This document shows positions 1 to 14,301 of a DNA stretch of 64,000 bases, one piece after another; the stretch's first letter is position 1, and each line of letters opens with the position of its first letter. This DNA is from Schmidtea polychroa. Taxonomy: Eukaryota. Both the position numbers and the translations under genes were made by a program. Under the pieces are notes generated by a model. The model made no database searches and was not told the origin of the DNA. It saw only the letters and a list, made by a program, of their open reading frames with translations. Location: contig CM097885.1 of NCBI GenBank assembly GCA_044892525.1, positions 44,022,001 to 44,086,000 of the forward strand, written 5' to 3'.

Positions 1-208
1 CACCGCTAGACCACTCAATAATATTTTTGAAAAATAATAATAAAATAATAATGACCTTGATTAGTCATCGGATGAGTCACACGACCTTGAAAATGTCCTT
101 GATGAGTCATGGTCTGTTTCAATGACCTTAGTGAGTCATGTCTTTGTTTAAAATTTGACTTTGAAAAAAATGTTTCTTACTTTTTATAAGGTAGGTGGTC
201 TAGCGGTG
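1..208. mobile_element. Short non-autonomous TIR element (MITE), left end possibly clipped by window edge
   Basis: CACCGCTAGACCAC (1-14) is the exact reverse complement of GTGGTCTAGCGGTG (195-208); internal TGACCTT..GAGTCAT repeats. Confidence 0.6.
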
Positions 209-674
209 CCCAATCCATCTACATTTTCATTACATTTTAAAATTGTATTTTCCATAATCTTTTACTATATACGTTTTGTGTGTAATTGCCATTTCATTCA
301 AATGAATAGGCAATAGCTGTAACATAGGTTTATTTTGCAGACTTGAAGTTATTTTTGGACGGGTTAAAAAATTGGAGAATCATTTGACAAAATGTATCGA
401 TCTAATGTTCTATGAAAAGTAACTGAATTTTCTCCTTTCCCTCGTATATCGATTGTTCATAAATCATTGAAATTAGAAGCAATTCCCATGTAACGGGCAC
501 AGATCGGTAACAAATATAAATACCATTACAATTAACACATAAAAATATCACTTTTCATATTATTTTGTTTCATTTAAACCATTGAAAAAATTAAATTTTC
601 AAATTTCTTGTAAATCGATATTTAGTAAAACATTTGAAAAGATAAAGACGGATTCATTTTATTTATTGAAACAA

Positions 675-3600
675 TTAGATTTTATATCCTGAATGTATAC
701 AAGCAATACCACCAAGCAGGTTCTCATAGGTCACACATTTAAATCCTGATGCTTCAATCATTGACTTGAATTCATTTTGATTTGGAAACTGACGAATACT
801 TTCCACCAAATATTTATATGATTTCCAATCTCCTGCTATTAGCTGACCCATTACTGGGATAATTTCGAACGAATAATTATCATACATCCTTAATGTTGAA
901 AATATAAGTCAATGTCAACAAATAATTATTTCATTAATCTTTTTCTTACTACCAAGCGAGATACTGATTCAATTCGCATATAGATTTATTCATTATATTA
1001 AATTATTTAATTATTATATCAAATTATTTAATCATTATACCAAATTATTCAATCATTATATCAAATTATTTAATCATTATACCAAATTATTCAATCATTA
1101 TATCAAATTATTTAATCATTATATCAAATTATTTAATCATTATATCAATTTATTTAATCATTATATCAATTTATTTAATAACTATGTCAAAATATTTAAT
1201 CATTAAATTAAATCCTTTCGAAAACAGGAAAATGTACTTTTTATGGTTACTTCTTTGATATTTCATTTATTTTTATTCTGACAAAAAATAAAAATTAATT
1301 CTATGCAACACACATTTTAAATATTTTACGAGCATGAAAATAAATGGAAATTTAATCATTTTTTTTAAATATAGTAAGGTTTTTTGTTAACCCTGTCCCA
1401 TGCTAATTTTTTTTAAATTCAAATGGAAAATTTTGATTTATTCTGTATGTAAGTATGTCCCACTTGTATATTACCTCTCCGAGATGTAAAATTCAAGCGA
1501 TTCTTGACCTTTTCGTCAATTACGTAGGACAGAAATAATTTAAATGACTTTTTCATTCAACTTTAAAAATTACTTAATTCTAAGACTTTAATATTTTCAA
1601 ATAAAACTAAATGTGATATTTTATATGTATGTATTTATAATGGTGATTTCGATGTCTTGACTTGTTTGGATATTAATAAAATATCGATTAAAAAATATTC
1701 CTTGACCTGCTCTTTGTGTTACTTAATTAACCCTTTCGCACCGACTTTCCGCTAATGACACTATGCTAAATTTATATATTGGAACTTGTTAATATTGACC
1801 TAAATATGAAATATTCTCATTTTTGTAATCGTGGCGCTTCTGAATATCCTAGAAAGTCCTGGGCTTTTATGGACCATTCAAAATATCCCAGTAGGATCAT
1901 GATGAAAGTTTCTGGGACGTATTGTCCCAATAGGGGCGAAAGGGTTAAAAGTCCAACAAAAATAGTTTCTTTATTTAATCATGTTGAATTCTGTCTTAGA
2001 TTATAGTTGTATTCTGGTCGAAAATATGCCGGGAAATAGCACGCAGACATAGTCGCAAGTCGAGTTAAAATCAATACACGAAAAAAAAAAATAGAAAACC
2101 AAAATCGAAAACTTAAGTAAAAATAAAATCAATAACATATGCAAGAAGTAATAAAAAACAAAAATAGATATAAGAAAAAAAATTACATAAAATTTCAAAT
2201 TAAATGTGACAAGGAATCAGAAATAAAAATATCGTAAAGAATATAATGAAAAAATTAATTTAAAAATTAAATGTAGAATTAACACGAATTTATGTGTAAA
2301 ATAATAAAAAATTCTAGAAAATATGTGAAATCCATCATGGAGTTGCAAACAATAAATAAATATAGTAATAAAATAAATAATAAATAACACATTTAATCAC
2401 GACATTATGAGTAAGGAGGAGAGTAAATAATTATCGAAAACAAAATTCGACATATTGATTTTATCGGGTTCTGGGTATTTCCCCTTAACATTTTGACTGA
2501 GGAGAAAAATAATTGATCGAAGAGAACACAATTCGAATGTTGGTTTCGGTTTTTCACCCAACACGCTTGGCTAAGGTTCTTATATATCAACCTATTGGAT
2601 GATGGAAATGTATTTCTTTGTATTACTAATTTGTATTACTACTCTGTATTACAACTTTGTATCATTTCTTTGTATTCCTACTTTGTATTCCTACTTTGTA
2701 TTCATACTTTGTATTCCTACTTTGTATTCCTTCGGACATTCCAATTAATAAATATATTAATTTAATAATTAAATTGCAAATACATTATTAAATTAAGTAA
2801 ATTAAGTCACATTGTTTAAATATTCACTCTTCTTTCGAACATCACCACCTTTTATTTCAAAATATATGTAAAACCCCGGAAGTTTATCAATTTGACTAAA
2901 GTCTGTTTCCTCCGAAGATGCGTCATTTCTAAAACGTAATATTACAATATTCGAAACATCAGCTCATTACACAGGTCACTGTCTCGCTTCTATCTTGGAT
3001 TCATTGTGGTATCAATACCAATTTTCCTATTCTTAATATACTCATGCACCATTAATATTCGAAGTTTTTTTAATGGAAATATCAGATCGCATTACAAATC
3101 CTAAACGAACGTCAGATCACCCCTGATTGGAGCTATACGCAACATGATTGGATCAATAATCACTCATTGATCTTGAATGACAAAACAATTTTTTATTGTA
3201 AATTAACCTCATCGGATCCTGGATTTTCTTATTTTAAATATCGTTATTATGTTCCTACACTCTGTATTATTACTATATTCATTCATTTCAAAGAATCCTA
3301 TCGGCTTCCCAGTATCTAATAAATCACATTTATTTATTTGAAAAATTTCGGGAAATTATAATTTTAAATTAATAAGATAATTAAATAATTAGCCAATTAA
3401 ATACTGTGGATATCTCTATAGTTTTCTGAAATTTCAGCCTCTTATTAATTGTAGATAATTCCTTTGTTGATTAGCATTCGTGTGTAAATATTGCTGAATG
3501 GCTTAATGCGTAAAAAATATATTCAACTTGTATAGTGGGATAAATAACATTTGGGCTTCTTTATTAGCTTTTCATTAAAATCCTGTTCGGTTTGCTCGAT

Positions 3601-5473
3601 TCATATTTGGGCTTCTCTTTCCGTAAAAAGAAATACACGAAAATCTCGTATTTCAAAATATAATATAAAAAAAGTACATTCGAAATAACATTTGTAGAAA
3701 AGATAATAAATGAACAAAAATTAACATGTAATATAATAAAGTGAATTTATTATGGAAAAATCAATAAATATCAGGAGGAAACGAAAGAGGGAGGTTAGCT
3801 ATTGATTAAACGAGTAAATGATTTGTCCACCCCTTGTTAGGCGTCTCAGAGAAACTCCAGGTTCCAAAACTTATCTGTACCTCCCTTTTACCGTCTTATT
3901 TTAATCTATAATATTTCTGTTACCTTTGGGTTCCGATATATTTGTTCTTGGTTATTATTATACGATTTTAACATAATTTGATTAGGTGATTATTGAATGT
4001 GGAGAAAAATCGTAAATAAGGTTCTTAGGGCTCATATTTGTTAGGAATTGGCATTTTGTTTCGTGTATATATCGTCTTGGTAATTGCTGGCTTTGTTAGT
4101 AGTGGGCTAGTAGTTTATCGAATGACAAAAGCTTCTGTTAAAAGAACAGAATAAACAGTCACGATGTTGGGAATTATCAAGCTGTGATATTGAAATTTGA
4201 GTTCTGAGTTTATTATACGTAACGAGTTATTCAATAACGAGTTATTTGCATTAGAATATGACGTGCTTGTTACATGACAATTATCTAGATCTTAATTTAA
4301 CTGGTTATTAAGTATTCTTTAATGCTTTCATATGAATCAACTGAAATTTACCGCCAATTGCAAAGCCTCGTAATAAATCCATCAGTGCTTGTGACGGTTG
4401 ATTTATTCCAATATGCAACCAAATAATTGAATTATTATATAAAAAATTATCAACTAAAACTTAATTCGTTTCAATAAATAAATAAACAGTTAATATCAAT
4501 GGTTGATAATTTGTTTAATTACGTAATAAAAATTAATTAAATTTGAATAATAATTTACTGGATTTTGATTGGTTGATTTTAATTGGGAGAAATTAATTAA
4601 CAAAATTAACGTGAAATTTCAAATTTTTTTGAAAATTACCAATAATGTTAAATAAAAAAAATACTACTCACATTTTCAATACAAAATTATCAACAGTGCT
4701 GAACTCAAGGCACATAAATCTGCCATAAGGTCTTAAAATTCGATATGCTTCATTGAGAACCTGCATAAATTATTGGATATTAACTTTGAAATTAGTAAAA
4801 TTTATCTCAATACTTGTTGAACATCTGTGCAATTTCGTATTCCAAACGCAATTGTGTATAAATCGAATGAATTATCTACCATTGGCATTTTTTCAGCGTT
4901 TCCTACTTTCCATTTAATATCTAATGTAAATCGAAATTATCGGTTCATAAATAATTGACATTTACATTTGGATAATCCAAGTTTATCTGCTTTCCCTTTA
5001 CCAACTTCAATCATCGATGGATTTATATCACAAACTGTCATTGAAAATTCTTTACTAGTATCACTACTTTTAATGTCTTTTTCTTTTTCAGAAATATAAG
5101 AATTTACTATTCTAAATGCAATATCTCCTGAAAATAGTTATTGATAAATGAATAACTAAGTATAAACTGCAACCTGTTCCACCGGCAACATCTAAACAAG
5201 ATATATCTCTAAATGGTTCCATTTTATTTAAAAAATAATTTTTCCACAGTCTGTGTACACCAAAACTCATAGCATCATTCATTACATCATATTTTGATGA
5301 AACATTTGTAAAAACCTGATTTACTAAAATATATCAGTTGATATAAATTATAAATAATTCAAACCTTTTTCTTGCTTTTCTTCTAACGGTACCTGTTGAT
5401 AACCAAAATGTGTTTCTTTTGAATAAAATAATCTGGATAACCGAAAAATTTGATAATTAAACTTTTTGAACAT
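675..5473 (-). CDS. COQ5: Ubiquinone biosynthesis C-methyltransferase COQ5 (UbiE family), 6 exons: 5473-5365, 5323-5174, 5127-4966, 4920-4814, 4760-4672, 888-675
   Basis: Manually spliced translation gives [80 protein letters not shown]; all introns GT-AG (41, 46, 45, 53 and 3783 nt) with consistent phases. Confidence 0.95.
991..1211. repeat. 21-bp minisatellite (CATTATATCAAATTATTTAAT) x ~10, in COQ5 intron 5
   Basis: Directly visible tandem units with few substitutions. Confidence 0.85.
1731..1944. mobile_element. piggyBac-type MITE in COQ5 intron 5
   Basis: TTAA|CCCTTTCGC ... GCGAAAGGG|TTAA: CCC-starting TIRs flanked by TTAA TSD. Confidence 0.8.
2615..2731. repeat. 13-bp tandem repeat (CTACTTTGTATTC)n, degenerate at left
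   Basis: Visible tandem units. Confidence 0.7.
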
Positions 5474-8400
5474 GCTTTACTACCGAATAAGAATTTTTAA
5501 TTAATGAGATGTTCTAATTTCATTAAATTATATGTAATTTTTTAAAGAAAATTAAACTAAGTTTAAAACAAGGGTTAAAAAAATATTGAAATTTCTATAA
5601 AAAATTTGAAAAAAAATCTAATTAACAGTATTTAAAGAAACATTATACAAATTTTAATTACGTCATATTTTATTATATTTATTAAATAGTTCAACGATTT
5701 TTGGAAGATATTGTAGTATTTAATTTTTTTATTATATGAAAATATAGATAATTTTCGGGCAAAATTATTGCAAAGATTATTATTAAATTAGTTTTGATAG
5801 TAAAATTAATGGTGAAATATAAATTCATGTAACCTTTATTTTAAGTTGTCGGAGATTTTCAATGTGAGATAATGGAAACAATTGAAATTCTAAAATTAAA
5901 ATATTGGTACTTGGTTAAGTAATCTGGCATTTGGCGCATTGACAACCTGTGTCAAGCAAGTTAGTATTAATTTTATGTTCAGTATGATGATTAATTGAAG
6001 CTGCACCAAAAAATTTTATATAAATTATAACAGTTACCAACAACATTGGCATGTTACTTCTGTGTTAGTATAGAGACTACCTACACTTTACCGACCACTT
6101 TTCCGCGTAACTCGTTTGATAAAAGTGGTAAAGCCTAGAACGCCAAGCTAGGTGCATACTCGCGTGGATGAGAGGCTTTGGTACTGTATGCAGTAGCGGT
6201 ATACATGGGAAAAGATGAGTCTACTTAATCAGACTGCTCGACTTATATATATCTCAACTATCAGGACTACCTATAAAAGGATTTAAGTCTATTTAAACTG
6301 GATAAAACTGTGGTTCTACATACTGGAGTCTACTTGTCCGAGAAGGGAAACATAATGATCAGCAAAAAAACAAAGGCCTACAATACCTATAACTTATCCA
6401 AACCGAAGTTACACATCAAGAATTTGTCTACTATTTGATATCAAATAGGATAAACGACGAATTGACATTAGTAACTCAAAACGATATCTATACTCTTGAT
6501 TATCTTATACTCTTGATACTCTTGGATTAATTTAAATGAAATTGGATAATAACTGTAATTATTTTATGTCCGTGGTGATCACAAAGTGACAGTGAAGAAA
6601 ACTGAATGTGTCTCTTGCTACAACCTTCGAGTTGTTTTATGTGTTTACCTTGTCATATGTCTTCATAATAAATTTTAAAAACTAATACTAGCACATAGGT
6701 ATATTAACTACAAATTGTAGTCACTTGGATGTTAATGTCATATTTTCCTATGTGAATATAATTGTCAAACGACGAACACATATTCTCATTAGTCTATCCA
6801 ATGCGAAAATGTAGCTAGAAGGAAATTGGTTTTGGTCAAAGTTCAATAGTAGAGTAATTGGATATTTTTACTACAAATTGTAAACAGTTGGCCTGATAAG
6901 GCTTAATTTATTTTCTACATTAATATTATGTGTTTATTGTCAAATCTATTTGGTGATGTTCTGTAAGTTGAATGGCTATTGGAACACCTAATCTGACTAT
7001 ATGGATTAAGTATTTTTGTATGATATATTCCGAATTTAGTCATTGGATTTTATGTATCGAAAGTATGTAGCGTCGTGCATTGGAATTGTGGTATGTCGAA
7101 ACAACCAACTTAAATTCTATGCCTAGACCGATTCAATATTACAAATTTCGGTTGGATACATCAAATAGGAGTTATAAACTGTGTTAATTTATGGTCTAAC
7201 TATACATTATAATACGTTACTTGTCTTAATTGAAATGGTTGATTTTATGGTATCCTGTAATATTGTTAACCTGTTTGCCCTATCAACATTCTGGTATCCC
7301 CATTTATTCTTATATTCGACGTTTATATCTATTTTAGCTAATTATTATTAGTGAGAGTCTTTTTCTTAATTCAACTCTACGCAAATATTTTAATTTTAGT
7401 CCTGTCGCGCCACAAAATACAAAAAATTCATGACACAGGAATTTTGGATGGATAATCGTGGGTGTCCTTCGCCTTGGTGTGAATTAATGATTTTTAATAA
7501 ACTTTTTGTTTTTTTAGGCTATCTGACTTGCTCTAACAAGCAATTTACAATTATTTTAATTATAGATTTATTATTAATTAATTTACTAATTAATGACCTT
7601 CTGACCCAACACATTAATAGACCAACGTCAAGTGAGTGGTTGTCAGCCAAGAGTGAGGATCACAAAGAAGTTATCAATACTCACTGTACTTACTCTAGTT
7701 TTATCCTCTGATCACCTCGGATTCACATACATCTTAATGCCTTCCCATTATTGAATACTATATTTACACTTCGTACTTTTCCATTTACCTCAAATTTGAT
7801 GATTACAAATAAATTACAAGCATTTTATTGTGAAATGCATTAAGAATATTACTAAATTAAAATGTCAGATCAAAATATAATAAATATGACTTTATGGCAT
7901 CTCTATGAAAGGTTTTTCTACGTCCCTTAGCAATTTCTGAGTCTTCATCATGTAAGCTTCCTTTTTTTGTCAACTGCAAATGTGCTACATTTTTCCAGGT
8001 TTACATTTCCGTTTTGTCAATGGAGCTTGCAGACCCTGTACCTGGAACTCTTGAAATTTACGAGTTCAAACTACTCTTTATTGCATTCTCATTTTCGGAT
8101 TTATAACTGCGGATAGAAGGTCTTAAGTCGCTTTATCATTATACATTCAATTCCTTGCTTATTGTTCCTTTTATACATTTAGTTGTGCTCCTCATTATTT
8201 GATGTTATCTAACGTTACTTTAAGAATTTTCAGCACTAATCTTCCATTATTTCTTGTTTCGAAAATTTTATTCTTAGATCTCTTAAAATGATTGTTATTG
8301 TGTAGTTTTCGTTGTGATCATTTAACATCGATAGTGTCTTGTCTTATTTTGGTCAATGTAACATTCTAAATTCTATTTCCTCGAGTTTCAAGAAAGTGTT

Positions 8401-9913
8401 AAAATAATGAAATTTTGGTTGGTATTTATATCAATTTGTGATGTCCATCTACTGATTGCTACCACTATGTGAAATCACGGTGTGACTAATTATGAAAATT
8501 TTTGATTGGCGTGCACACATACATGAGTGCTGCCAGATTGGTGTAATTTTATGTAAATGAATTTTTTGTAATTTATTGATTGTTTTAAACAATTAAATTT
8601 ATTAATAATTTTATTTCTTTTTATTTCGTTATTTCTTTCACGATTTTCATTGGAATTTTTTTATAATTTTTATATAATTATTTTTTTAGATTTTTTTTTA
8701 ATTCTGCAATTTTTGTAATAGCTCCTTTGTATGTAAATATGAGCCATAACATTCCTAATTAATTTGATAATGGTACTCCATATGGAAATGTAAAATATAA
8801 TATGTTAAAATATTAATTTTCAAAAATTAGATCATTTTTCCTATCTTCGTTATTATGTATCATATTGGCACAAGTCCCGAAAAAATGTTTGGTAAAATAG
8901 ATATTAATGTTACGGCAATACTTCACTTTATTAAGTTGGAGAGACTCAGGGCAGTTTTTTGCTTAGTAAATTGAGATGCAGTCAAAACACCTGAGGAAAG
9001 CTGCTTCCGTGTGTAATGATATGCAGTGAGCTCCGGTGACGACTAAAGTTTCAAAATATGCGTAGTTCAATTGTGAGTATATTCAAAACATGTAATATGG
9101 TCGTCAAGATACTCCACAACGGTTAGGATGATCAACTGGGAATATTATGAGCTTAGTAAATTCAATGACCGTTAAAATCATTCCATGTCTAAATATTCTA
9201 AATATTCTCTCTCGTAAAGTAAACTCTCTCGCTAGTCTAACTAAGACCATTTACCGTATCTCAGATATCTAGAATCGACGATGCAACGGCAACCCAAGAT
9301 AGCAATAATGCAATTGAAGTAACCTGAGTCCAACCCACAGAAATTATGACCTACTAGCCAACTCTCCACCCCTGAAATGATCATGATTATTACCATTTGT
9401 ACATTTATCGATGTCATTCAGAGAATCACCATTATATGGATTATAAATTTGATCATCGTTATCATCAAGATTTTTCGTAGAAATAGTCGAACTTATAATA
9501 GTATAATTCATTTGATTAGCAACTAAGTTATTATTTTTATCTACCACTTGAGGCTGTGATGTTTTCGTTTACGTGATCGGCATTTAAATATATGTAGTAC
9601 TCTTCAGGTAAAACGAATCAAACGGTCGACTCAAGAGCCCTTAAGATCAGTCGCATTGACATCATAAATATTATCGTCTTAACCATGGTTAGGAATCCTT
9701 ATTAGTATTTACGAGTGTTCTGTTATCCGAGCAAAGGTATGGACTTTAGATAGTTTGGTTTTTTGTGGCTTATCGTGACGACTATATCAAGTGGCGTTAT
9801 CACCAGTAACTATTATCGCCGTTCGAAATGTTCAGGTAAAACAAAGAAATTAACTAATTAATGAAAAGCATCCTCATCGTCAATGGTATCGCTTATGATT
9901 GCCTGATTATAAA

Positions 9914-10087
<174 letters not shown>

Positions 10088-10093
10088 TGAATT

Positions 10094-11084
10094 TGTTGGG
10101 TTTTATGATATCAAAATCAACCGTTGGTTACTCTGACTCCGCGTATTCCAAAATCAATAAACAAAAACTCCCAACGTATATTTGTTTTATAAAAATTCAC
10201 AACTTTCAACAATTAATTACACTGTTGGTTAATCACAATTCTCACACAATTTCAGATTGGACTCCGCTCTGGAAGGTCTCAACCTTGTACGATTAAAAAT
10301 TAAGTTTCACCTTTTGATTTAGTTCCGCTATCTGATCCAGACTCTTTTGATACTCCTTGTCTAACTCTGCGGTTTTCCCTATAATTCTTTTTCTTCTTTT
10401 CTTCTATTTCTTTAACTCCTAATGTCGTTTTCTTCTTCCCTACCTAAGGCTATCACCGATTATGTGAATTTTGAGTTTCCTTATATACTCCCATAATCGT
10501 TGTAATTGCCCCATTTTTGACCTAATTGATTTTGACTTCTTTAGTTATCATTCCCTAATTGGCTATTTCTGTTGACCTCTTCGTAATTCCCCTTCTTTTG
10601 TTTACCCTCGTTTATCCGGTTGTTTGGATAATTGCCCTCGGAATTCCTCGTTTGTTTACCCTTCCAAATTGCCGTGCTCGGGTTTTCTTCATCGCTCGGG
10701 TTCTCCATTGGCTCGGGCTTCCCATTAGCTCGGGTTTCCCATTAACCAATTACTTAATTAATTAATATTTTACGTTTTTCCACATTTGTCTGTTTTACGA
10801 CCCTTTCTAAACATTTTCTAACAATTTCTTGCTCACTGTCTTCTTCACCATCCCCTAATCTAACCTTCTCCCGTTTTCCAGCTTCAATTTCGATAACTTT
10901 TCACTTTATTCCACTTCCTCAGGTTTGCGCATTTTCCCATTTTATGTATGATTGTACCCTTTTATAGTTCTGTTTTTATCATATCTTTCTTTGCCATTGC
11001 TTCTCTGCTTGACCGCCATTCAATTTCGGCTTTCCTTTTAATCTGAACTATATAATTTAATAATTTTTTTTTAAAACCTCAACA
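10094..11084 (-). mobile_element. Solo LTR (~990 bp), related to the LTRs at 14302-15000 and 23992-25053
   Basis: TGTTG...CAACA termini, 4-bp TSD AATT, shared motifs (TTACTCTGACTCC; CTCGGGTTCTCCATTGGCTCGGG). Confidence 0.85.
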
Positions 11085-11088
11085 AATT

Positions 11089-13860
11089 TATTAAAAACAT
11101 TTTAATTAACATTTTAATTTTAACTCACATCCCCCTTTTTTAAAATGTTCTCAACATTTCTGACTACAGCCTTCTCATTTTGATCTTTAAGGAAATAGCT
11201 CTGTTCGTGTATTTTCTTTATCACTTTGTACGGCCCTTCCCACATTGCTTCGTCTTTATTTCTAATTTCTTGTTTGATCAAAACCATATCTCCCATTTCA
11301 AAATTTCTCACTGTTTTGCTTCTGTTTGGCTTTAGTGTTTATCCTCTATTCTCTTTTCCATATCCTCTCTATTTATTTCTTTATTCGTGTACCATTTCAT
11401 TCTGCCGATTTTCCTTCCAAATATAATCACTGCTGGAACTACTCCTGCTGTTTTTTGAACTGTTGCATTTAAAGTATATTCTATTTCTGGTACTCAATCA
11501 GCCCAGTTTTTTCTTCCTCCTTCATTCAATGACGCGTTAATATACTCTCTGATTGTTCTGAACTGTCTTTCAATAATACCATTCGTGTTGTGGTAATATG
11601 GGCTTGAGAAGATTAATTCAATATCAGCTGCCTTTGCTAGTTCTTTAGTACTTCTTGCTTCAAATTTCTTCCCACAATCTACATGAAGTTGTCCCTTTCC
11701 TGTATTCCATTTTAATATCCAGACTGCTTAAATAGTTGATCCATGTCTGGAATTTATTGGTTTCTTCGTTGTTAACATAAAGGTAATAACTTTATGGTCC
11801 GTTCTCAGTGAGAATCTTTTACCATATAAGTAATAGTTGAAATGTTTACAAAAATAGTATATTTCCAATAATTCTTTCCTCGTAATGCAGTATCCTTTTT
11901 CGTGGCTGCTCATCGCATGTGAACCATATGGAATGACATGTTCATGTCCTTTTTCATCCTTTTGCGAAAGAACTGCTCCAATAGTATCGAAGCTTGCGTC
12001 TGTGTCTAATATAAATTCTTTTCTGAAGTCTGGAAATACCAATACTGGGGCGGTTACCAATGCTTCTTTCATTTCCCCGAAAGCCTTTTCACACATCTCT
12101 GTCCATCTTATTTTCTCATTGTTTTTTCCGCATATGCTTTCTTGCCTTCTTTGCATAGTCTTTTATGAATAGTTACAGATATCCAAAAAGCTCCTCAGAT
12201 TCTTTACACATTTTGGCTTTGGAAATGATTGTATTGCTTCTATTTTAGTATGATCTGTTTGCATGCCATCTTTATTTATCATGTGTCCCAGAAACTTCAC
12301 TTCTTTCCTAAATATTTGACATTTTTCGGGGATCAATCTTAGTCCTGCTGTTGAGATCTCCCCTAGAACTCTTTCAAATACGTTATAATGTTCTTCTTCT
12401 GTCTTTGTGAATATTAGTGTTGGGTTATTGAGTTGGTGATAAAATTTAATGTTACTCTGACTCCAAGCGTGTCTTTATATAATTCACAAATAACACTTGA
12501 CAACAGAAATCTTTCACTTGACACTGACAATAAATTCAACACTCTGCTTGGTGACTATGCCTATTGCAACACTCGGTGAGGAATAGCACTTGTGTATAAC
12601 ACCGGATTAAAAGATCACAAATCACTGATTGGTTTCTAAACTGGGATTTTGAGCTGGTTGTTTTCTTTGACTTTCTTTCAAACTTTATTCAAATAATCAA
12701 TAAATTCTTTTCGTTTTATTATTCAACTAATTCTTCTCTTCAACTCTTCTCCAATAATTATTTTCCACAATTATTTCCTTTACAATTATTTTGACAATCG
12801 TTTGTCCAACAACGTTTCGTCCAACGTCTAATTTTCTCCAATAATTCTATTTCTCAAATCGTCTCTCAAATCGTATCTCAAATCGTATCTCAAATCGTCT
12901 TCCAAATCGTCTCTCAAATTGTCTCTAATTTTCCTTCTAAATTTGTCGTCTCTTTTGTTCTCTTTTGTTCTCTTTTCATGTTCACCAGTTTTCCCTTATA
13001 TAGTTCGCTTCTCATGTGGCACTCCAGATAATCAAGTGTTTTTCCACTTTCCTTCTCCTGCTTTCCCCGACTGTCCCATTTTTATCTCTGACAGCTGTCA
13101 AGTTGTTTTTCCCTTTTCCCTTTTTTGTTCGACCGCCTTCTTCCATCAATTCTATTATCACTGGCAAGCTGTCGAGATAAGGATATTGTTGTTTTCCTTT
13201 TTCCCCGATTTCAAAATTCCTTTTCCTTTTTGTACTAATTAATTAGTACTGACCTTGATTTTCCTTTTCCTGTTTGATTCCTTTTATTTCCTTTATCTTT
13301 CTCATTTTTAATTTCTTTTCACTTCCGTTTTCTTTTCTGAGTCTCTATAGATCGTCCCGTTTGTCATGGCGATCTTCCCCCAGGTAATTTTATTTATTTC
13401 TTTATGAATTATTATTTAGGAATCCTCAACATTAGTATGTCGTCTAAATATACCATCACTCCATCTTTCCACAAATCTTTCAATACTTTCGTCATTAATT
13501 CTTGAAATGTTCCTGGTGCCGTTGCAATACCAAACGCCATCCTGTTAAAACAGAACTGTCCTTCTTTTTTTGAGAATGCTGCTTTCTCTTGAAATTCCTT
13601 ATCTAACTTTACTTGGTAATAATTAATAAGCTTTTCCCAGGTCGATCGAGCTAAAATACATGGATCCGTGTAGGATATCTAAAATTTCAACCACATTTGG
13701 CATTGGAAATGCTTGTCTTTCTGTTATCTTGTTTAATTGTCTGAAGTCTAGATAAAGCATGAGGTCTTTTTTCTCTTTCTTTCATAAACAAACTAAAAGT
13801 GTGATCCACGGTGAATTACACTTCCTAATTATTCCCTGTTTTCTAGATTTTTTATTGCTT
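11089..13860 (-). mobile_element. Decayed Ty3/Gypsy pol (RT, RNase H, integrase C-part) with PPT and start of 3' LTR; interrupted by a solo LTR
   Basis: VYLDDILIF (split by the 12418-13431 insert), FILDTDASFDTIGAVLSQ, RTDH, SSPYYHNTNGIIER, WEGPYKV; AAAAAAGGGGGA PPT followed by TGTGAG. Confidence 0.85.
12418..13431 (-). mobile_element. Solo LTR (~1014 bp) inserted immediately after the RT YLDD motif
   Basis: TGTTG...CAACA termini, 4-bp TSD TTAG; removal restores VYLDDILIFTKTEEEH; internal CAAATCGTCTCT repeats. Confidence 0.9.
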
Positions 13861-14020
13861 AAATTCAAATTTAGCTTTTTTAATCTCGTCGTCGCCTAAT
13901 AAACTAAGAATATCTAATGAAGTTGCAAAATTATAAGGAAAGATTCCTTTTTCAGAAACAATAGTACCAGTAAAAACAGAATTGGTTAAAGGTAAAGTAT
14001 TCAAAGTTTTGACAGCTTTG
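13860..14020 (-). pseudogene. Possible small fragment of a protein-primed family B DNA polymerase (Polinton-like)
   Basis: EKGIFPYNFATSLDIL resembles the KGxFPY motif of Maverick/Polinton pPolB; abuts a hAT-like end at ~14023. Confidence 0.4.
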
Positions 14021-14301
14021 GCCAGTGTTGTACAAACTTTTTTGAGCCGCGGCACACTTGGCTGAATTAAAATTAACCTAAATTTTTTTTTGCTTTATTT
14101 GCAATTTTTTATTGCACTTTTACTAATCTTTTAATAAGAAATGAAAAACTTATAAACTAAAAAATAGTATTATTTAATATTTAAGATTCTAAATAAACAT
14201 AATTAAGCTGCTTACGCATTTTAGATAGTCAATATTTCTAGTAAGAAATATAAATATGATTGTAAACAAATAAATTTCGCACTTAATTGACTGATTAACA
14301 T

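Noticed and set aside
991..1211. Regular 21-bp repeats (and 108-bp repeats at 35360-35670) as a CRISPR-like array
   Set aside because: No unique spacers, eukaryotic context, no cas genes
5900..8460. Degenerate coding-like sequence, possibly an old retroelement (similar at 2830-4330)
   Set aside because: No motif could be read with confidence; left unassigned
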